The translations under genes and the position numbers were made by a program. A model generated the notes under the pieces. That model was not told the origin of the DNA. It was given only the letters and a program-made list of their open reading frames with translations, and ran no database searches. A DNA stretch of 64,000 nt from Chloroflexota bacterium (GTDB taxonomy: Bacteria > Chloroflexota > UBA11872): NCBI GenBank assembly GCA_965198185.1, contig CBDAOU010000001.1, forward strand, positions 370,212 through 434,211, given 5' to 3'. The first letter of the stretch is position 1; each line of letters begins with the position of its first letter. This document shows, one piece after another, positions 28,873-39,711 of the stretch.

Positions 28873-31800
28873 ATGCAGCCGACCGGAACTCCCACCACTG
28901 GCGACCGCACCCCGCGGCCACCGGGTCCGTGGACCGAGCACGACGCCTGCGGCGTGGGCTTCATCGCCGACATTCAGGGCCGGCGGTCACATCGCACCGT
29001 GCAGCAAGCGGTGCATGCCGTTGCGCGGCTGGGGCACCGCGGCGCCATCGCCGCGGATCGCAAGACCGGTGACGGCGCCGGCGTGCTCACGCAGCTGCCG
29101 CGGGAGTTTTTCGCCGTGCACATTCGAGACTTTGGCGAGCGAGCCGTCGATCCCGCGGATATCGCGGTGGCGATGGTGTTTCTCGACAACCGCAGCCCGC
29201 ACGGCGCGCGGCGGTTCCGCACGCTGACGGAAGAGATCTGCGGCGACCGCGGCATTCGCGTGATCGGCTGGCGCAAGGTGCCGGTCGATACCTCCGTGCT
29301 GGGCGCGGGGGCCTACGCGGACCGGCCGGACATCCAGCAGGCCCTGCTCGCGCGGGGTCCGGCAATTCCATCCGCCGACGAGTATGAGCGCCGGCTCTAC
29401 CTCGCCCGGCGCGAGCTTTCGGGTCGCGCGGCACGGGAAGCGATCGAGTCCAACTACGTGGTGTCGATGTCTTCGCGGACGATCGTCTACAAGGGACTGG
29501 TCGTGGGCGCCGAGTTGGGGCATTTCTACCCGGACCTCAGCGACCCACGCTTCACGTCGGCGCTGGCGGTGTTCCATCAGCGCTACAGCACCAACACCCA
29601 CCCGACCTGGCAGCTGGCCCAGCCGTTCCGCATGCTGGCGCACAACGGCGAGATCAACACGCTGGACGGCAACCGCAACTGGATGGCGGCGCGGTCAGCG
29701 GCGTTGACCAGCGATCTGTGGGGCCGCGACCTAGCCACGCTGTTGCCCGTGACCGACGATCGAGGTTCCGACTCCTACAGCCTGGACCACACGCTGGAGT
29801 TCCTGGTCGCCGGCGGTCGCTCCATCATCCATGCCGGCATGATGCTCGTCCCCGAGGCGTGGGAGCACATGGACGAGATGCCCCACGCGCTGCGGGACTT
29901 TTACGACTACCACAGGTGTCTCACCGAGCCATGGGACGGCCCTGCGGCGCTCGCCTACAGCGACGGTCGGTGGGTCTGCGCGGCGCTGGATCGAAACGGC
30001 CTTCGTCCGTCGCGGTACGTGATCACGGACGACGGCACGATTTGCGTGGCGTCGGAAGTTGGCGTGCTGGACATCGATGCCGAGCGCGTGGTGGAAAAGG
30101 GCCGGCTCGGCCCCGGGCAGATCATCGCCGTCGACACGGACTGCGGACGGCTGCTGCACAACGACGAAGCCAAGCAAGGCACCGCTGCCCGGGCGCCTTA
30201 TGGGGACTGGCTGGCCGAGCACCTGGTGGAACTTGAATCCATAGCGGCCGCGCCTGACGCGTCAAATGGCGACGGCGCGGTGACGGCGCTGGACAACGGC
30301 ACGCTCACGCAGTTCCAGCATGCCTACGGATTCACGCGCGAAGACCTGACCCACATCCTCGATCCCATGGCGCGCGAGGGCCTGGACCCGGTGTTTTCGA
30401 TGGGCAACGACGCGCCCCTTGCCGTGCTGTCCGGGATTGGCCCAAGCGTCTTCGGCTATATCAAGCAGCGTTTCGCGCAGGTGACGAATCCGCCTATCGA
30501 CCCGCTGCGCGAGTCGCTGGTGATGTCGCTGGATGTGCGCATGGGGCCGCGCGCCAGTCTGCTCAGTGAGGTGCCCGAGGCGGCGCACCTGATCCATCTG
30601 CGCTCACCGGTTCTCAGACAGGCCGATCTTGCGGCCATCGAGGCGCTGACCGATCCGGCGTTCCGCACGGCGCGCGTGGACGCCACCTTCGCGGCGAGTG
30701 AAGGCCCCGACGCGCTGTCCGGTGCGATCGACGCCATCTGCCGCGAAGCCGTGGCGGCCGTCGAACGCGGAGCGCATCTGCTGATCCTGACCGACGAGGC
30801 GGTCGACTCCGAGCGGGCGCCGATTCCGATTCTGTTGGCCGTCGGCGCCGTGCATCACGCGTTGATCGCGGCGGGTCGCCGCATGCGCGCCGACATCATC
30901 GTCTCCAGCGGGCAAGTGTGGGACGTACATCACTTCTGTGCGCTGCTGGGCTACGGCGCCAGCGCCGTGTGCTCATGGCTGGCACTGCAAAGCGCCCAAG
31001 CGCTCACCGCCACGAATGGCCAGGCCGCCCAGTCCGGCGAGGACAACTTCGTGGAATCGGCTGAAGCCGGCATCCGCAAAGTGATGTCGAAGATGGGAAT
31101 CTCAACGCTCAGCAGCTATCGCGGCGCGCAGATCTTCGAGGCCGTTGGCCTCGCGCCGGAGCTGATCGAGCGCTGTCTCCCCGGCACGCCATCGACCATT
31201 GGCGGCGTTGGCGCGGTGCAACTCGCGGAAGACCTGCTGGCACGGCACGCGGCGGCGTTCAGCCAGACCGCGCAGCGGCTACCCGATACCGGCTGGGTGC
31301 GCTACCGCAGGAACGGTGAGTTTCACGCGGCAAACCCCACGCTGGTCAAAGCTCTGCAGCGCGCGGTGCAAACGGACGACCCGTCCGATTTCGCGGCATT
31401 GGACCAGGCCGTTGACGATCGCGAGCCGTATGCGATTCGCGATCTGCTGCGGTTCCGGCCGGCCGGACCGCCCATTCCGCTGGACGAGGTGGAGTCGGTG
31501 GAGTCGCTGCTGCCGCGGTTTTGCACCACGGCCATGTCGATCGGCGCACTGAGCCCGGAGGCGCACAGCACCATCAGCAAGGGCATGAACCGCATCGGCG
31601 CCCGGAGCAACACGGGCGAAGGCGGCGAGGACGCGACGTGGTACGCCCCCGATGCCTCCGGCGAGTGGCCCGACAGCCGTATCAAGCAAGTCGCGTCGGC
31701 GAGATTTGGGGTCACGCCGCAGTACCTGGCGATGGCCGAACAACTTGAGATCAAGATGGCCCAGGGCTCCAAGCCCGGCGAGGGCGGCCAGATTCCGGCA

Positions 31801-33468
31801 TCGAAGGTCTCGGAGTACATCGCGGGGCTGCGCTTCACGGTTCCCGGCATCCCGCTGATCTCGCCGCCGCCGCACCATGACATCTACAGCATCGAGGACT
31901 TGTCGCAGCTCATCTATGACCTCAAGGAGGTCAACCCCCGGGCGGCGGTGGGCGTGAAGCTGGTCGCGGAGTCGGGCGTCGGGACCATCGCCGCGGGCGT
32001 GGCGAAGGCCTACGCCGACTACGTGCTCATCAGCGGGCACGATGGCGGCACCGGGGCCTCACCGCTCAGCTCCATCAAGAACGCCGGCGTTCCGTGGGAA
32101 ATTGGGCTCAGCGAAACCCAGCGCGTGCTGGTGCGCAACGACCTACGCGATCGCATTCGCGTACGCACCGATGGCGGTCTGAAGTCGGCGCGCGACGTGG
32201 TGATCGCCGCCCTCTTGGGCGCGGAGGAGTTCGGCTTCGGCACCATGGCGGCCATCGCGGTGGGCTGCATCATGGCGCGGCAATGCCACCTCAATACGTG
32301 TCCCGTGGGCGTGGCCACGCAGCGGGAGGACTTGCGCGCGCGCTTCACCGGCGAGCCGGCGTATGTCGAGCGCTATTTCCTGCATCTGGCCCGCGGCGTG
32401 CGCGCGATCCTGGCGCAGTTGGGCGTCCGCAAACTGGACGACATCGTGGGCCGGGTGGAGCTGCTGGAACCGGATCCGGACAAGCGCCGCGACCGCGCCG
32501 CGGCCATCCACCTGGGGAGCATTCTGGCGCCGGCCGACGAGACGGGACGCTCGCCGCGCATCCAGCAGGTGGCGCGCAACGACCGCCCAGGGAGACCCTC
32601 ACTTGACGTGGACCTGCTTGAAGCGGCGCGGCCCACGCTTGAAGACGGCCATCCAGTGCGGCGGCGCTACCACCTGACGAACGACCGTCGCGCCGTCGGC
32701 ACGCGCCTGAGCGGCGAGATCGCGCACCGGGTGTCGCACCAAGGCCTCCCGCCGGGCACGGTTCACCTGGATTTCACGGGCACGGCGGGCCAGAGCTTCG
32801 CCGCCTTCGGCATCCATGGGTTGCGGCTGCGACTGGTCGGCGAGGCCAACGACTACGTGGGGAAAGGGCTCGGCGGGGCCGTGGTGTCCGTCCAGCCGCC
32901 GCCGAACTCACGCTTCACGGCCGCGGAGAACGTCATCGCGGGCAACACCTGCCTCTACGGCGCCACGGCGGGCGAGCTGTACCTGGCCGGTCGCGCCGGC
33001 GAGCGATTTGCCGTGCGCAACAGCGGGGCAACCGCCGTGGCGGAGGGCATTGGCGACCACGGATGCGAGTACATGACCAGCGGCGTGGTCGTGATCCTGG
33101 GTCCGGTCGGGCGAAACTTCGCCGCCGGGATGTCCGCCGGACAGGCCTTCGCCTATGACCCCGCGGGCACCTTTCCCGCGCGCGTGAACCATGAGCTGGT
33201 CACGGTCGGCCGGGTGACGGACGAGGAAAGCGCGGAGTTGCTGCGGGACGTCATCACCCGCCACGTGGCGGCCACGGAAAGCCGCCTCGGGCAGTCACTG
33301 CTCGACCGGTGGCACGAAGCGCTCCCAGCGTTTTGGCAAGTGGTGCCGTATCCGCCCCAGGTCGACACGAACACGGAAGCCCAAATCGACGCCGAGCGCG
33401 CCGCCAAGCGCGCCGCCTCGCGCGAGCGGACGGCGCGACGGGCCGTGGCGGCGGGCAGCCGCGGCTAA
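28873..33468 (+). CDS. gltB: Glutamate synthase large subunit
   Basis: CGVGFIA N-terminal nucleophile, HNGEINT, EPWDGPA, AQGSKPGEGGQ, CIMARQCHLNTCPVG 3Fe-4S motif, GDHGCEYMT. Confidence 0.97.
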   Translation: MQPTGTPTTGDRTPRPPGPWTEHDACGVGFIADIQGRRSHRTVQQAVHAVARLGHRGAIAADRKTGDGAGVLTQLPREFFAVHIRDFGERAVDPADIAVAMVFLDNRSPHGARRFRTLTEEICGDRGIRVIGWRKVPVDTSVLGAGAYADRPDIQQALLARGPAIPSADEYERRLYLARRELSGRAAREAIESNYVVSMSSRTIVYKGLVVGAELGHFYPDLSDPRFTSALAVFHQRYSTNTHPTWQLAQPFRMLAHNGEINTLDGNRNWMAARSAALTSDLWGRDLATLLPVTDDRGSDSYSLDHTLEFLVAGGRSIIHAGMMLVPEAWEHMDEMPHALRDFYDYHRCLTEPWDGPAALAYSDGRWVCAALDRNGLRPSRYVITDDGTICVASEVGVLDIDAERVVEKGRLGPGQIIAVDTDCGRLLHNDEAKQGTAARAPYGDWLAEHLVELESIAAAPDASNGDGAVTALDNGTLTQFQHAYGFTREDLTHILDPMAREGLDPVFSMGNDAPLAVLSGIGPSVFGYIKQRFAQVTNPPIDPLRESLVMSLDVRMGPRASLLSEVPEAAHLIHLRSPVLRQADLAAIEALTDPAFRTARVDATFAASEGPDALSGAIDAICREAVAAVERGAHLLILTDEAVDSERAPIPILLAVGAVHHALIAAGRRMRADIIVSSGQVWDVHHFCALLGYGASAVCSWLALQSAQALTATNGQAAQSGEDNFVESAEAGIRKVMSKMGISTLSSYRGAQIFEAVGLAPELIERCLPGTPSTIGGVGAVQLAEDLLARHAAAFSQTAQRLPDTGWVRYRRNGEFHAANPTLVKALQRAVQTDDPSDFAALDQAVDDREPYAIRDLLRFRPAGPPIPLDEVESVESLLPRFCTTAMSIGALSPEAHSTISKGMNRIGARSNTGEGGEDATWYAPDASGEWPDSRIKQVASARFGVTPQYLAMAEQLEIKMAQGSKPGEGGQIPASKVSEYIAGLRFTVPGIPLISPPPHHDIYSIEDLSQLIYDLKEVNPRAAVGVKLVAESGVGTIAAGVAKAYADYVLISGHDGGTGASPLSSIKNAGVPWEIGLSETQRVLVRNDLRDRIRVRTDGGLKSARDVVIAALLGAEEFGFGTMAAIAVGCIMARQCHLNTCPVGVATQREDLRARFTGEPAYVERYFLHLARGVRAILAQLGVRKLDDIVGRVELLEPDPDKRRDRAAAIHLGSILAPADETGRSPRIQQVARNDRPGRPSLDVDLLEAARPTLEDGHPVRRRYHLTNDRRAVGTRLSGEIAHRVSHQGLPPGTVHLDFTGTAGQSFAAFGIHGLRLRLVGEANDYVGKGLGGAVVSVQPPPNSRFTAAENVIAGNTCLYGATAGELYLAGRAGERFAVRNSGATAVAEGIGDHGCEYMTSGVVVILGPVGRNFAAGMSAGQAFAYDPAGTFPARVNHELVTVGRVTDEESAELLRDVITRHVAATESRLGQSLLDRWHEALPAFWQVVPYPPQVDTNTEAQIDAERAAKRAASRERTARRAVAAGSRG

Positions 33469-33480
33469 ATCCGAAGCCGC

Positions 33481-34512
33481 CTAGCCCGACGCCTCCGGAT
33501 CGTCCCAGTAGAGCGCCACACGTCCATCCGGACGCCGCAGCTCGGCGGAATCAGAACGCTCGTTGTGCCACACATGCTGCTGGCGGAACGTGAAATCGCC
33601 CTGGCTGCTCCCCGACGCGACCGTCAGCTTCGCTCCGGGACGCAGGACGGTCCCGGTAGGGAATTCAACCGACTGCGGGCCACGCAAACTCGCGAGGCGC
33701 CAGCCCGATAGATCGACGGGCGCGCCGCCACCGTTGGTGATCACGACCGTTTCGGCCACCTTGTCGACCACCATGGCGAGCCCCGCCACGGGCGGCGCCC
33801 AGAGCCCACGGGCCGCCGCGCGTGCCTCACGCTGCGCGGCGCCGATCGCGTCGAAGAGCAATGTGTCGGGTGTGTATTCGTGGGCGCGGACCCAGCCCTG
33901 CCGGGCAAGCTCGACGGAAAAGACGAGGTCGCCGCGCAGCACATGCCGCAGCAACCGCCCGCCGTCGTCGCGCGGCTCGGCGCCGGCGATGAGGGTCACC
34001 GCGCCGTCACCCACCAGCGTGGTGAGGGCGGCAGTCGCTTGCTCGGCCAGCGCGGCCTGCCCGCCCGTGTCCCCAGGTTCGGGCGCGTCGATGCCGAGCA
34101 GCCGCACCGTGTGCTCGACTCCGTCGAGGATGACGACGAGGGTGTCGCCGTCGATCACTCGCACGACCCGCGCCGCCACGCCAGCCGGTAGCTGACTCGT
34201 TGGCGGGGTGCCTGTCGATGCTGCTGTCGGTCGTGTGGGAGCGGTGGTGGTCGACGGTGAAGGGGTTGGGCGTGGCGGAGCCTTGGTTGTGCCAGACGGC
34301 GTCGCGGTTGCTGGATGGTCAGCGGCCGCGGCGGGCGATGCGGCCGAGGCCACATTTGGCCCCGGCGTCGATGTTCTTGCAGACACCCAGGCCCGGGCCG
34401 TGACCGTCAGCACGGGCGCGTCTGGATCGACGCCACCGCATGCCGCCGTCACAAGTACGAGGCACAGGAATAAGATCACCCTGGGCCGAATTCTGCCGCT
34501 ACGTCGTGTCAT
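33481..34512 (-). CDS. Lipoprotein with thermonuclease (SNase) domain and C-terminal lamin-tail-like domain
   Basis: Lipobox TAAC, Thr/Pro linker, VVRVIDGDT, VRLLGIDAPE, GRLLRHV, VDLSGWRL. Confidence 0.82.
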   Translation of the reverse strand: MTRRSGRIRPRVILFLCLVLVTAACGGVDPDAPVLTVTARAWVSARTSTPGPNVASAASPAAAADHPATATPSGTTKAPPRPTPSPSTTTAPTRPTAASTGTPPTSQLPAGVAARVVRVIDGDTLVVILDGVEHTVRLLGIDAPEPGDTGGQAALAEQATAALTTLVGDGAVTLIAGAEPRDDGGRLLRHVLRGDLVFSVELARQGWVRAHEYTPDTLLFDAIGAAQREARAAARGLWAPPVAGLAMVVDKVAETVVITNGGGAPVDLSGWRLASLRGPQSVEFPTGTVLRPGAKLTVASGSSQGDFTFRQQHVWHNERSDSAELRRPDGRVALYWDDPEASG

Positions 34513-34574
34513 TGGCCGCAGCTTCGACGTAAGATTGCGCTATCCATACAGCATTTGCCGCAGGCAGTAGTCAG

Positions 34575-35834
34575 ATGCACAAAGTAATTCAGAAGCAATC
34601 GCGGAAAGCGTGGCGGGCGACGGTAGTTCTGGTGGCAAGTCTGGCGCTTCTGGTAGCTGCCTGCGGCCCAGATCTGGCGGCGTCGAATCCGCTGGTCATT
34701 GGGCAGCTCAACGCCTTCACGGGTTCGCTCTCCTTCTTTGGTCCGATTCATCGCAACGCCGCGGCGCTGGCCGCCGAGCACGTCAACCGCGCCGGCGGCA
34801 TCGACGGCAACTCGGTGATTATCGTCAGTCGCGACACCGGCGTGAATCCGGTCCAAGGCGTCGAGGCCGCTCGTGCGCTAGTGGAGGTAGAGAACGCCGT
34901 GGCCATCGTCGGCGCCCTGGCCAGCGGGGTGACGATCCCGGTCGCCACCTCGGTCACCGTGCCGAATGAACGATTGCAGATTTCCGGCGCCTCAACGGCT
35001 CCCAGCATCACGGTGCTTGACGACAACGATTTCCTCTTCCGCACGGCACCCTCCGACGCGGCTCAAGGCGTGGTGTTGGGGCGCCTCGCCTGGGAGCAGG
35101 GATTCAGAACCGTTGGGGTCATGTACGTCAACAACCCGTACGGCGAGGGCTTGGCCGAGCGGTTCGAGGAAACGTTCACCTCCCTCGGCGGAACCATCGT
35201 CGATTCCGTGCCGCACGAGGAGGAACAGCCCACATTTGCCTCTGAGCTTGAACGAGCCACGTCCGGCGGCGTCGATGCGCTCGTCGCCATCAGCTATCCC
35301 GGACAGGCGCAGATATATGTCCGTGAGTCTCTTGAGGGTGGCTACGCCGACAAGTTCCTCTTCGTGGACGGCACCAAGTCGGCGGAGATGAACGACGCCA
35401 TCGGCTGGGACCGCTTGGAGGGAACGTTAGGCACCGCGCCGGGGTCGGTGGACAGCCCACAGCGCGCGGCCTTCGACAGCGCCTACACGGACGCCTATGC
35501 CGTGGAGGTGCCGGTGGAGCCCTATCTCGCTGAGACCTACGACGCCGTGGCACTGATTGCGCTGGCGGCGGCCAAGGCGGGCACGACCACGGACGCGGTC
35601 GCAATCCGCGACGCGCTGCGCTCCGTGTCCAATCCGGAAGGCGAAGTGGTCGGCCCCGGAGTCGAGGGCATCAGGCGGGCCCTGACCCTGATTGCTGAAG
35701 GTCAGGAGATCAACTACGAGGGCGCCTCGGGCGCGGTTGACTTCGATGCGAACGGCGACGTTTTCGGCCCCATCGAGATCTGGCAGATCACAGGTGGGGA
35801 GATCAAGTCCACCGGCCGCTTCGAGATTCCCTAG
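34575..35834 (+). CDS. ABC transporter substrate-binding lipoprotein, branched-chain amino acid (Leu/Ile/Val-binding) family
   Basis: Lipobox VAAC, GALASGVT, FRTAPSD, YVNNPYG, YDAVALIAL. Confidence 0.88.
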   Translation: MHKVIQKQSRKAWRATVVLVASLALLVAACGPDLAASNPLVIGQLNAFTGSLSFFGPIHRNAAALAAEHVNRAGGIDGNSVIIVSRDTGVNPVQGVEAARALVEVENAVAIVGALASGVTIPVATSVTVPNERLQISGASTAPSITVLDDNDFLFRTAPSDAAQGVVLGRLAWEQGFRTVGVMYVNNPYGEGLAERFEETFTSLGGTIVDSVPHEEEQPTFASELERATSGGVDALVAISYPGQAQIYVRESLEGGYADKFLFVDGTKSAEMNDAIGWDRLEGTLGTAPGSVDSPQRAAFDSAYTDAYAVEVPVEPYLAETYDAVALIALAAAKAGTTTDAVAIRDALRSVSNPEGEVVGPGVEGIRRALTLIAEGQEINYEGASGAVDFDANGDVFGPIEIWQITGGEIKSTGRFEIP

Positions 35835-35986
35835 CGTCAATCTCTGAACAGGTGCCGATGCCTTGGTTTCCCGGTGTCCCAATCCGTTCGGTAGCCCCTT
35901 CGACAGGCTCAGAGCCTGCCCCGAGATTCGATACGGGGGCGAACGGATTGGGACAGTAGTTGTCGACGGTCACAGGCCGTGCCTAG
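35831..35986. mobile_element. MITE family 1, copy C, with an extra internal hairpin
   Basis: CTAG at 35831 (SBP stop) and 35983; same long stem and core; insert GCCTGCCCCG...CGGGG. Confidence 0.75.
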
Positions 35987-36083
35987 CGGCTGAGCTGGGT
36001 CGCACGCCGAGGCTTGACGAGATCGCATGGCTTGGTCACCCGCAGCGCAAGCACCGCAGGCAACAGGCGCGGCTACAGTGAGG

Positions 36084-37049
36084 TCAGCCGTCGTCGAGAC
36101 GGACGGCCGACTGTTCCCCGCGACGCCGCGTGACTCGCCGCAGCTCCCCCAAGATGCCGCCGGGGCGCAGCAGGATGACGGCGACGATGAGCACGCCGAC
36201 CATGAAGAAGCGGAGGTTCGCGTCGGCGAATTCGCCGGGCAAGAAGCGCGCGCCCACCCAGAGCCCCCACACCACGAACGCGCCCAGGATGGCGCCCAGA
36301 TTGTTGCCGGCGCCGCCAACCATGAGCATGGCCCAGATGATGAAGGTTCCGAGCAGGGGATCGAAGGTCAGCGGTGAAACAAAGCGGATGTGGTGGGCAA
36401 ACAGCGCCCCGCCGACACCCATGATGACGGCGCCGAGGACAAACGCCTGCAGCTTGAAGTTGAAGACGTTCTTGCCGCTGGCCGCGGCGGCGACCTCGTC
36501 CTCGCGGATCGCTCGCAGCACCCGGCCCCAGGGCGACTTCATGGCCCGCTGCACGACGATGAACAATGCGGCCAGGACGACGAGCACGACGACCATATAC
36601 AGATAGTTGTATTTGTCGGACGGCAGCCATCCTTCGAGGAACTGCGGGATTTGGTAGAGGCCCTTTGAGCCGTTGGCGACCCATTTCTCGTTGAGAAAGA
36701 AGAGCCTGACGCTCTCGGCGATGCCCAGCGTGGCGATGGCCAGGTAGTCGTCGTTCAGGCGCAGCGTGACGTAGCCGATGATGAGCGCGATGACGCCGCA
36801 CACCGCCCCTGCCGCCGCTAACGCCAACAGAAACCACAGGTCGATTCCGAGGTCGAGGAAGTCGAGTTGCGCCCAGTTGCCGGCAAACACGAACTCCTCA
36901 AACAGCAAGGGGTCTGCTGCCGGCGAGGTCAGGAGCGCGGCCGTGTATGCGCCGAGGGCAAAGAACCCGGCGATGCCGATGTTGAAGAGGCCCGTGAAGC
37001 CCCAGTGAACGTTCAAGCCCAGGGCGAACACCGCGTAGATGCCCGCCAT
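36084..37049 (-). CDS. livM: Branched-chain amino acid ABC permease (LivM-type); true start probably upstream
   Basis: GLFNIGIAGFFALGAY, LRLNDDYLAIATLG, SPWGRVLRAIREDE, MVGGAGN. Frame stays open and protein-like upstream; the ATG at 37104 is 1 nt out of frame. Confidence 0.85.
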   Translation of the reverse strand: MAGIYAVFALGLNVHWGFTGLFNIGIAGFFALGAYTAALLTSPAADPLLFEEFVFAGNWAQLDFLDLGIDLWFLLALAAAGAVCGVIALIIGYVTLRLNDDYLAIATLGIAESVRLFFLNEKWVANGSKGLYQIPQFLEGWLPSDKYNYLYMVVVLVVLAALFIVVQRAMKSPWGRVLRAIREDEVAAAASGKNVFNFKLQAFVLGAVIMGVGGALFAHHIRFVSPLTFDPLLGTFIIWAMLMVGGAGNNLGAILGAFVVWGLWVGARFLPGEFADANLRFFMVGVLIVAVILLRPGGILGELRRVTRRRGEQSAVRLDDG

Positions 37050-37113
37050 GACGACGAAGCCGACCCCGTAGTCGACTAGATCAATGACGTTGCTAATGGC
37101 GCATGTCTTTCTG

Positions 37114-38172
37114 TCAGTTCGACCCTCCCAAGAGGCCCCGCGGTCTGGCCAGCAGCAGAGCGATCATGATGATGAAGGCGACGGCGTGCTTGTAGCTGGG
37201 AGTGATCCACTGGGTGGAGACTTCCATGCTGACGCCAATGACCAGCGCCCCGACCAAGGCTCCGTAGGGATTGCCGATGCCGCCCAAGATCACCGCGGCG
37301 AACAGCGGAATCAGGAACTCCCAGCCCATGCTCGGCAAGAGCTGCGCCTGGAACACCGCGAGCAGGATCCCAGCGATGGCCGCCATGCCTCCCCCGATGG
37401 CCCAGGTCGACCAGATGACGCGTTCCGTCGGGATTCCGGTGACGCGAGCCAAGTCAGGATTGTCAGCCGTGGCCCGCATGGCCTTGCCGATCTTTGTGCG
37501 GGTCAGCAGCAGATATACCCCCAGGGCAAGGAGTACCGCGATGCCGGCGATGAAGATGCTGTCGGGGGGAATGCGTATGTCCATGGGCAGGTGATAGACC
37601 TGCCGCGATTCACGCGGAAATTGGAGCTTCTGACCCGTCCAAATGATCTGGATGAGGCCTCGCACGGCGATAGCTAGCCCTAGCGATGCCATGGCAATGA
37701 CGACGGCGTTGACCCGGCGGTTTCTCAGCCTGCGGAAGATCGCGACATCGAGCACGATGGCACCGACCGCGACGACGGCGGCGGCCAGTGGCAGCGCAAT
37801 GAGCAACGGGTAGCCGAAGGTGAACGGCCCCAATCCCTGCCCTTGGATTCCGATGACCGGCAGCAGATCGGTGATGATCGCGTACGCCACGTAGGCGCCC
37901 ATGGCCATGAAGTCGCCATGCGCGATGTTGGCGAAGTTCAGGTTGCCGTAGATGAGCGTGAGACCTATGGCTCCGGTCGCGATGATGGCCCCCAGCACGA
38001 AGCCGTTGACCACCAGCCCCATCTTGACGAACGGCAAGAACCCGACGCTGAGCATTACGGCAATGATCGCGGCCACGGTGTGCCCCGGCGTCCACGCCAC
38101 GCGGAGCCTCTTGGCCGCACCGTGCACGGCAATCACCGGGCGACTTCTAAGGCCGCCGCTGAGCCGGTCCAC
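37114..38172 (-). CDS. livH: Branched-chain amino acid ABC permease (LivH-type)
   Basis: NFANIAHGDF, TKIGKAMRATADN, AVILGGIGNPYGA, ARPRGLLG. Confidence 0.88.
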   Translation of the reverse strand: MDRLSGGLRSRPVIAVHGAAKRLRVAWTPGHTVAAIIAVMLSVGFLPFVKMGLVVNGFVLGAIIATGAIGLTLIYGNLNFANIAHGDFMAMGAYVAYAIITDLLPVIGIQGQGLGPFTFGYPLLIALPLAAAVVAVGAIVLDVAIFRRLRNRRVNAVVIAMASLGLAIAVRGLIQIIWTGQKLQFPRESRQVYHLPMDIRIPPDSIFIAGIAVLLALGVYLLLTRTKIGKAMRATADNPDLARVTGIPTERVIWSTWAIGGGMAAIAGILLAVFQAQLLPSMGWEFLIPLFAAVILGGIGNPYGALVGALVIGVSMEVSTQWITPSYKHAVAFIIMIALLLARPRGLLGGSN

Positions 38173-38231
38173 GTGTTTCCTTCGCGGCGGGACTCCTCAC
38201 GAGCGCGTGGCCTGGAATCCAGGGCATGGGC

Positions 38232-38936
38232 TCATCCTCCCAGATAGAGGCGGGCCACCTCGGGATTCTCCAGCAGCGCCGCTCCACGGTCCTCCAGGCG
38301 GTTTTCGCCGCCGGATAGCACGTAGCCCCGATCGGAAAGCTGCAACGCCTCCCGAGCGTGCTGCTCCACCAGCAGCAAGGACACGCCCGTCGCGTTGATG
38401 CCCTGAATGCGCTCGAACACCAGGCGCGTAACCGCCGGCGACAGCCCGGCCGACGGTTCGTCCAGCAGCAGGAGGACCGGATCGAGCATGAGGGCGCGGG
38501 CCAGAGCCAGCATCTGGCGCTGGCCTCCCGACAGGCTGCCCGCCCGAGCCTTCGGGCGCTGCGCCAAATCGGGGAACAGGTCGAACATCTGCTCGATGCG
38601 TGCCTGACCGTCGTCGCTGCGGATGAATGCGCCCATCTCCAGATTCTCGCGAATGCTCAGCGACGGAAAGACATTGGCGGACTGCGGGACGTAGCACAGT
38701 CCGGTCCGCACGACCCGTTCCGGGGGGTCCGCCGTGATGTCGGCGCCGCGGAAGGTGACGCTGCCGGTGCGCACCTGAACCAAACCCACCACGGCCTTCA
38801 TGAACGTGGATTTGCCGCAGCCGTTGGGGCCGATGATTGTCACGATCTCCCCTTGGTTCACGACCAGGGAGACGCCATGCAGGATCTCGGTTTCTCCATA
38901 TCCCGCCACGATGTCGCGGGCCTCAAGCAGCGCCAC
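38232..38936 (-). CDS. livF: Branched-chain amino acid ABC ATPase (LivF-type)
   Basis: GYGETEILHGV, GPNGCGKS, ENLEMGA, LSGGQRQM, LDEPSAGL. Confidence 0.9.
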   Translation of the reverse strand: MALLEARDIVAGYGETEILHGVSLVVNQGEIVTIIGPNGCGKSTFMKAVVGLVQVRTGSVTFRGADITADPPERVVRTGLCYVPQSANVFPSLSIRENLEMGAFIRSDDGQARIEQMFDLFPDLAQRPKARAGSLSGGQRQMLALARALMLDPVLLLLDEPSAGLSPAVTRLVFERIQGINATGVSLLLVEQHAREALQLSDRGYVLSGGENRLEDRGAALLENPEVARLYLGG

Positions 38937-39711
38937 CGACGACGCCTCCCAGATATGCCTCCAGCACTTGCGGATCGCGCTGGATCTGCCGCGGCGATCC
39001 CTCGGCGATGACCGCGCCGTTGGCCATGACGATGACCGGGTTGCAGAGACGCGTGACGAGGTCCATGTCGTGCTCGATGAGCAGAAACGTGACGCCGCGC
39101 TCGGCGCTCGCCCGCTGGATGTTGTCCGCCAGCGAGTTGAGGAGGGTGCGGTTAACACCGGCGCCCGGTTCGTCCAGCAACACCAGCCGCGGCTCCGCCA
39201 TCAGCGTCCGGGCAAGCTCCAGCAGCTTCTTTTGGCCAGTCGAGAGGTTGCCGGCGTATTCGTCGGCCAGGTGCGCAAGCTTGACGAACTCCAGCACCTC
39301 CAGCGCCTTGGCCTCGATGCGGCGCTCCTCGCGCGCGACGGTCCAGGGCGTGAGCCAGGAGGCCCAGACGCGTTCACCGCTCTGGTTCGCGGGCACGACC
39401 GCCAGGTTTTCGAGCACCGTCAGCCGCTGGAACTCTCGCGGGATCTGAAACGTGCGCATGATGCCGAGCGCAAAGGTCTGATGCATCCTTAGTCCGCTGA
39501 TGTCGCGACCGTCGCAGAGAATCTGGCCACTCGTGAGCGGCAGCGCCCCCGAGATGAGATTGAACAGCGTCGTCTTGCCCGCCCCGTTGGGACCGATGAG
39601 CCCGGTGATGGTGCCGGGCATGACCTCGAAGGAGCAGTGGTCCACGGCGCGGACGCCGCCGAAGTCCTTGACGACGTTGCGGACTTTGAGCAGTGGTGCG
39701 GTTGTCGTCAC
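38923..39711 (-). CDS. livG: Branched-chain amino acid ABC ATPase (LivG-type)
   Basis: FGGVRAVD, GPNGAGKT, RTFQI, LLDEPGAG, LIEHDM, VLEAYLG. GTG 39711 follows GGAG. Confidence 0.9.
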   Translation of the reverse strand: MTTTAPLLKVRNVVKDFGGVRAVDHCSFEVMPGTITGLIGPNGAGKTTLFNLISGALPLTSGQILCDGRDISGLRMHQTFALGIMRTFQIPREFQRLTVLENLAVVPANQSGERVWASWLTPWTVAREERRIEAKALEVLEFVKLAHLADEYAGNLSTGQKKLLELARTLMAEPRLVLLDEPGAGVNRTLLNSLADNIQRASAERGVTFLLIEHDMDLVTRLCNPVIVMANGAVIAEGSPRQIQRDPQVLEAYLGGVVGGAA

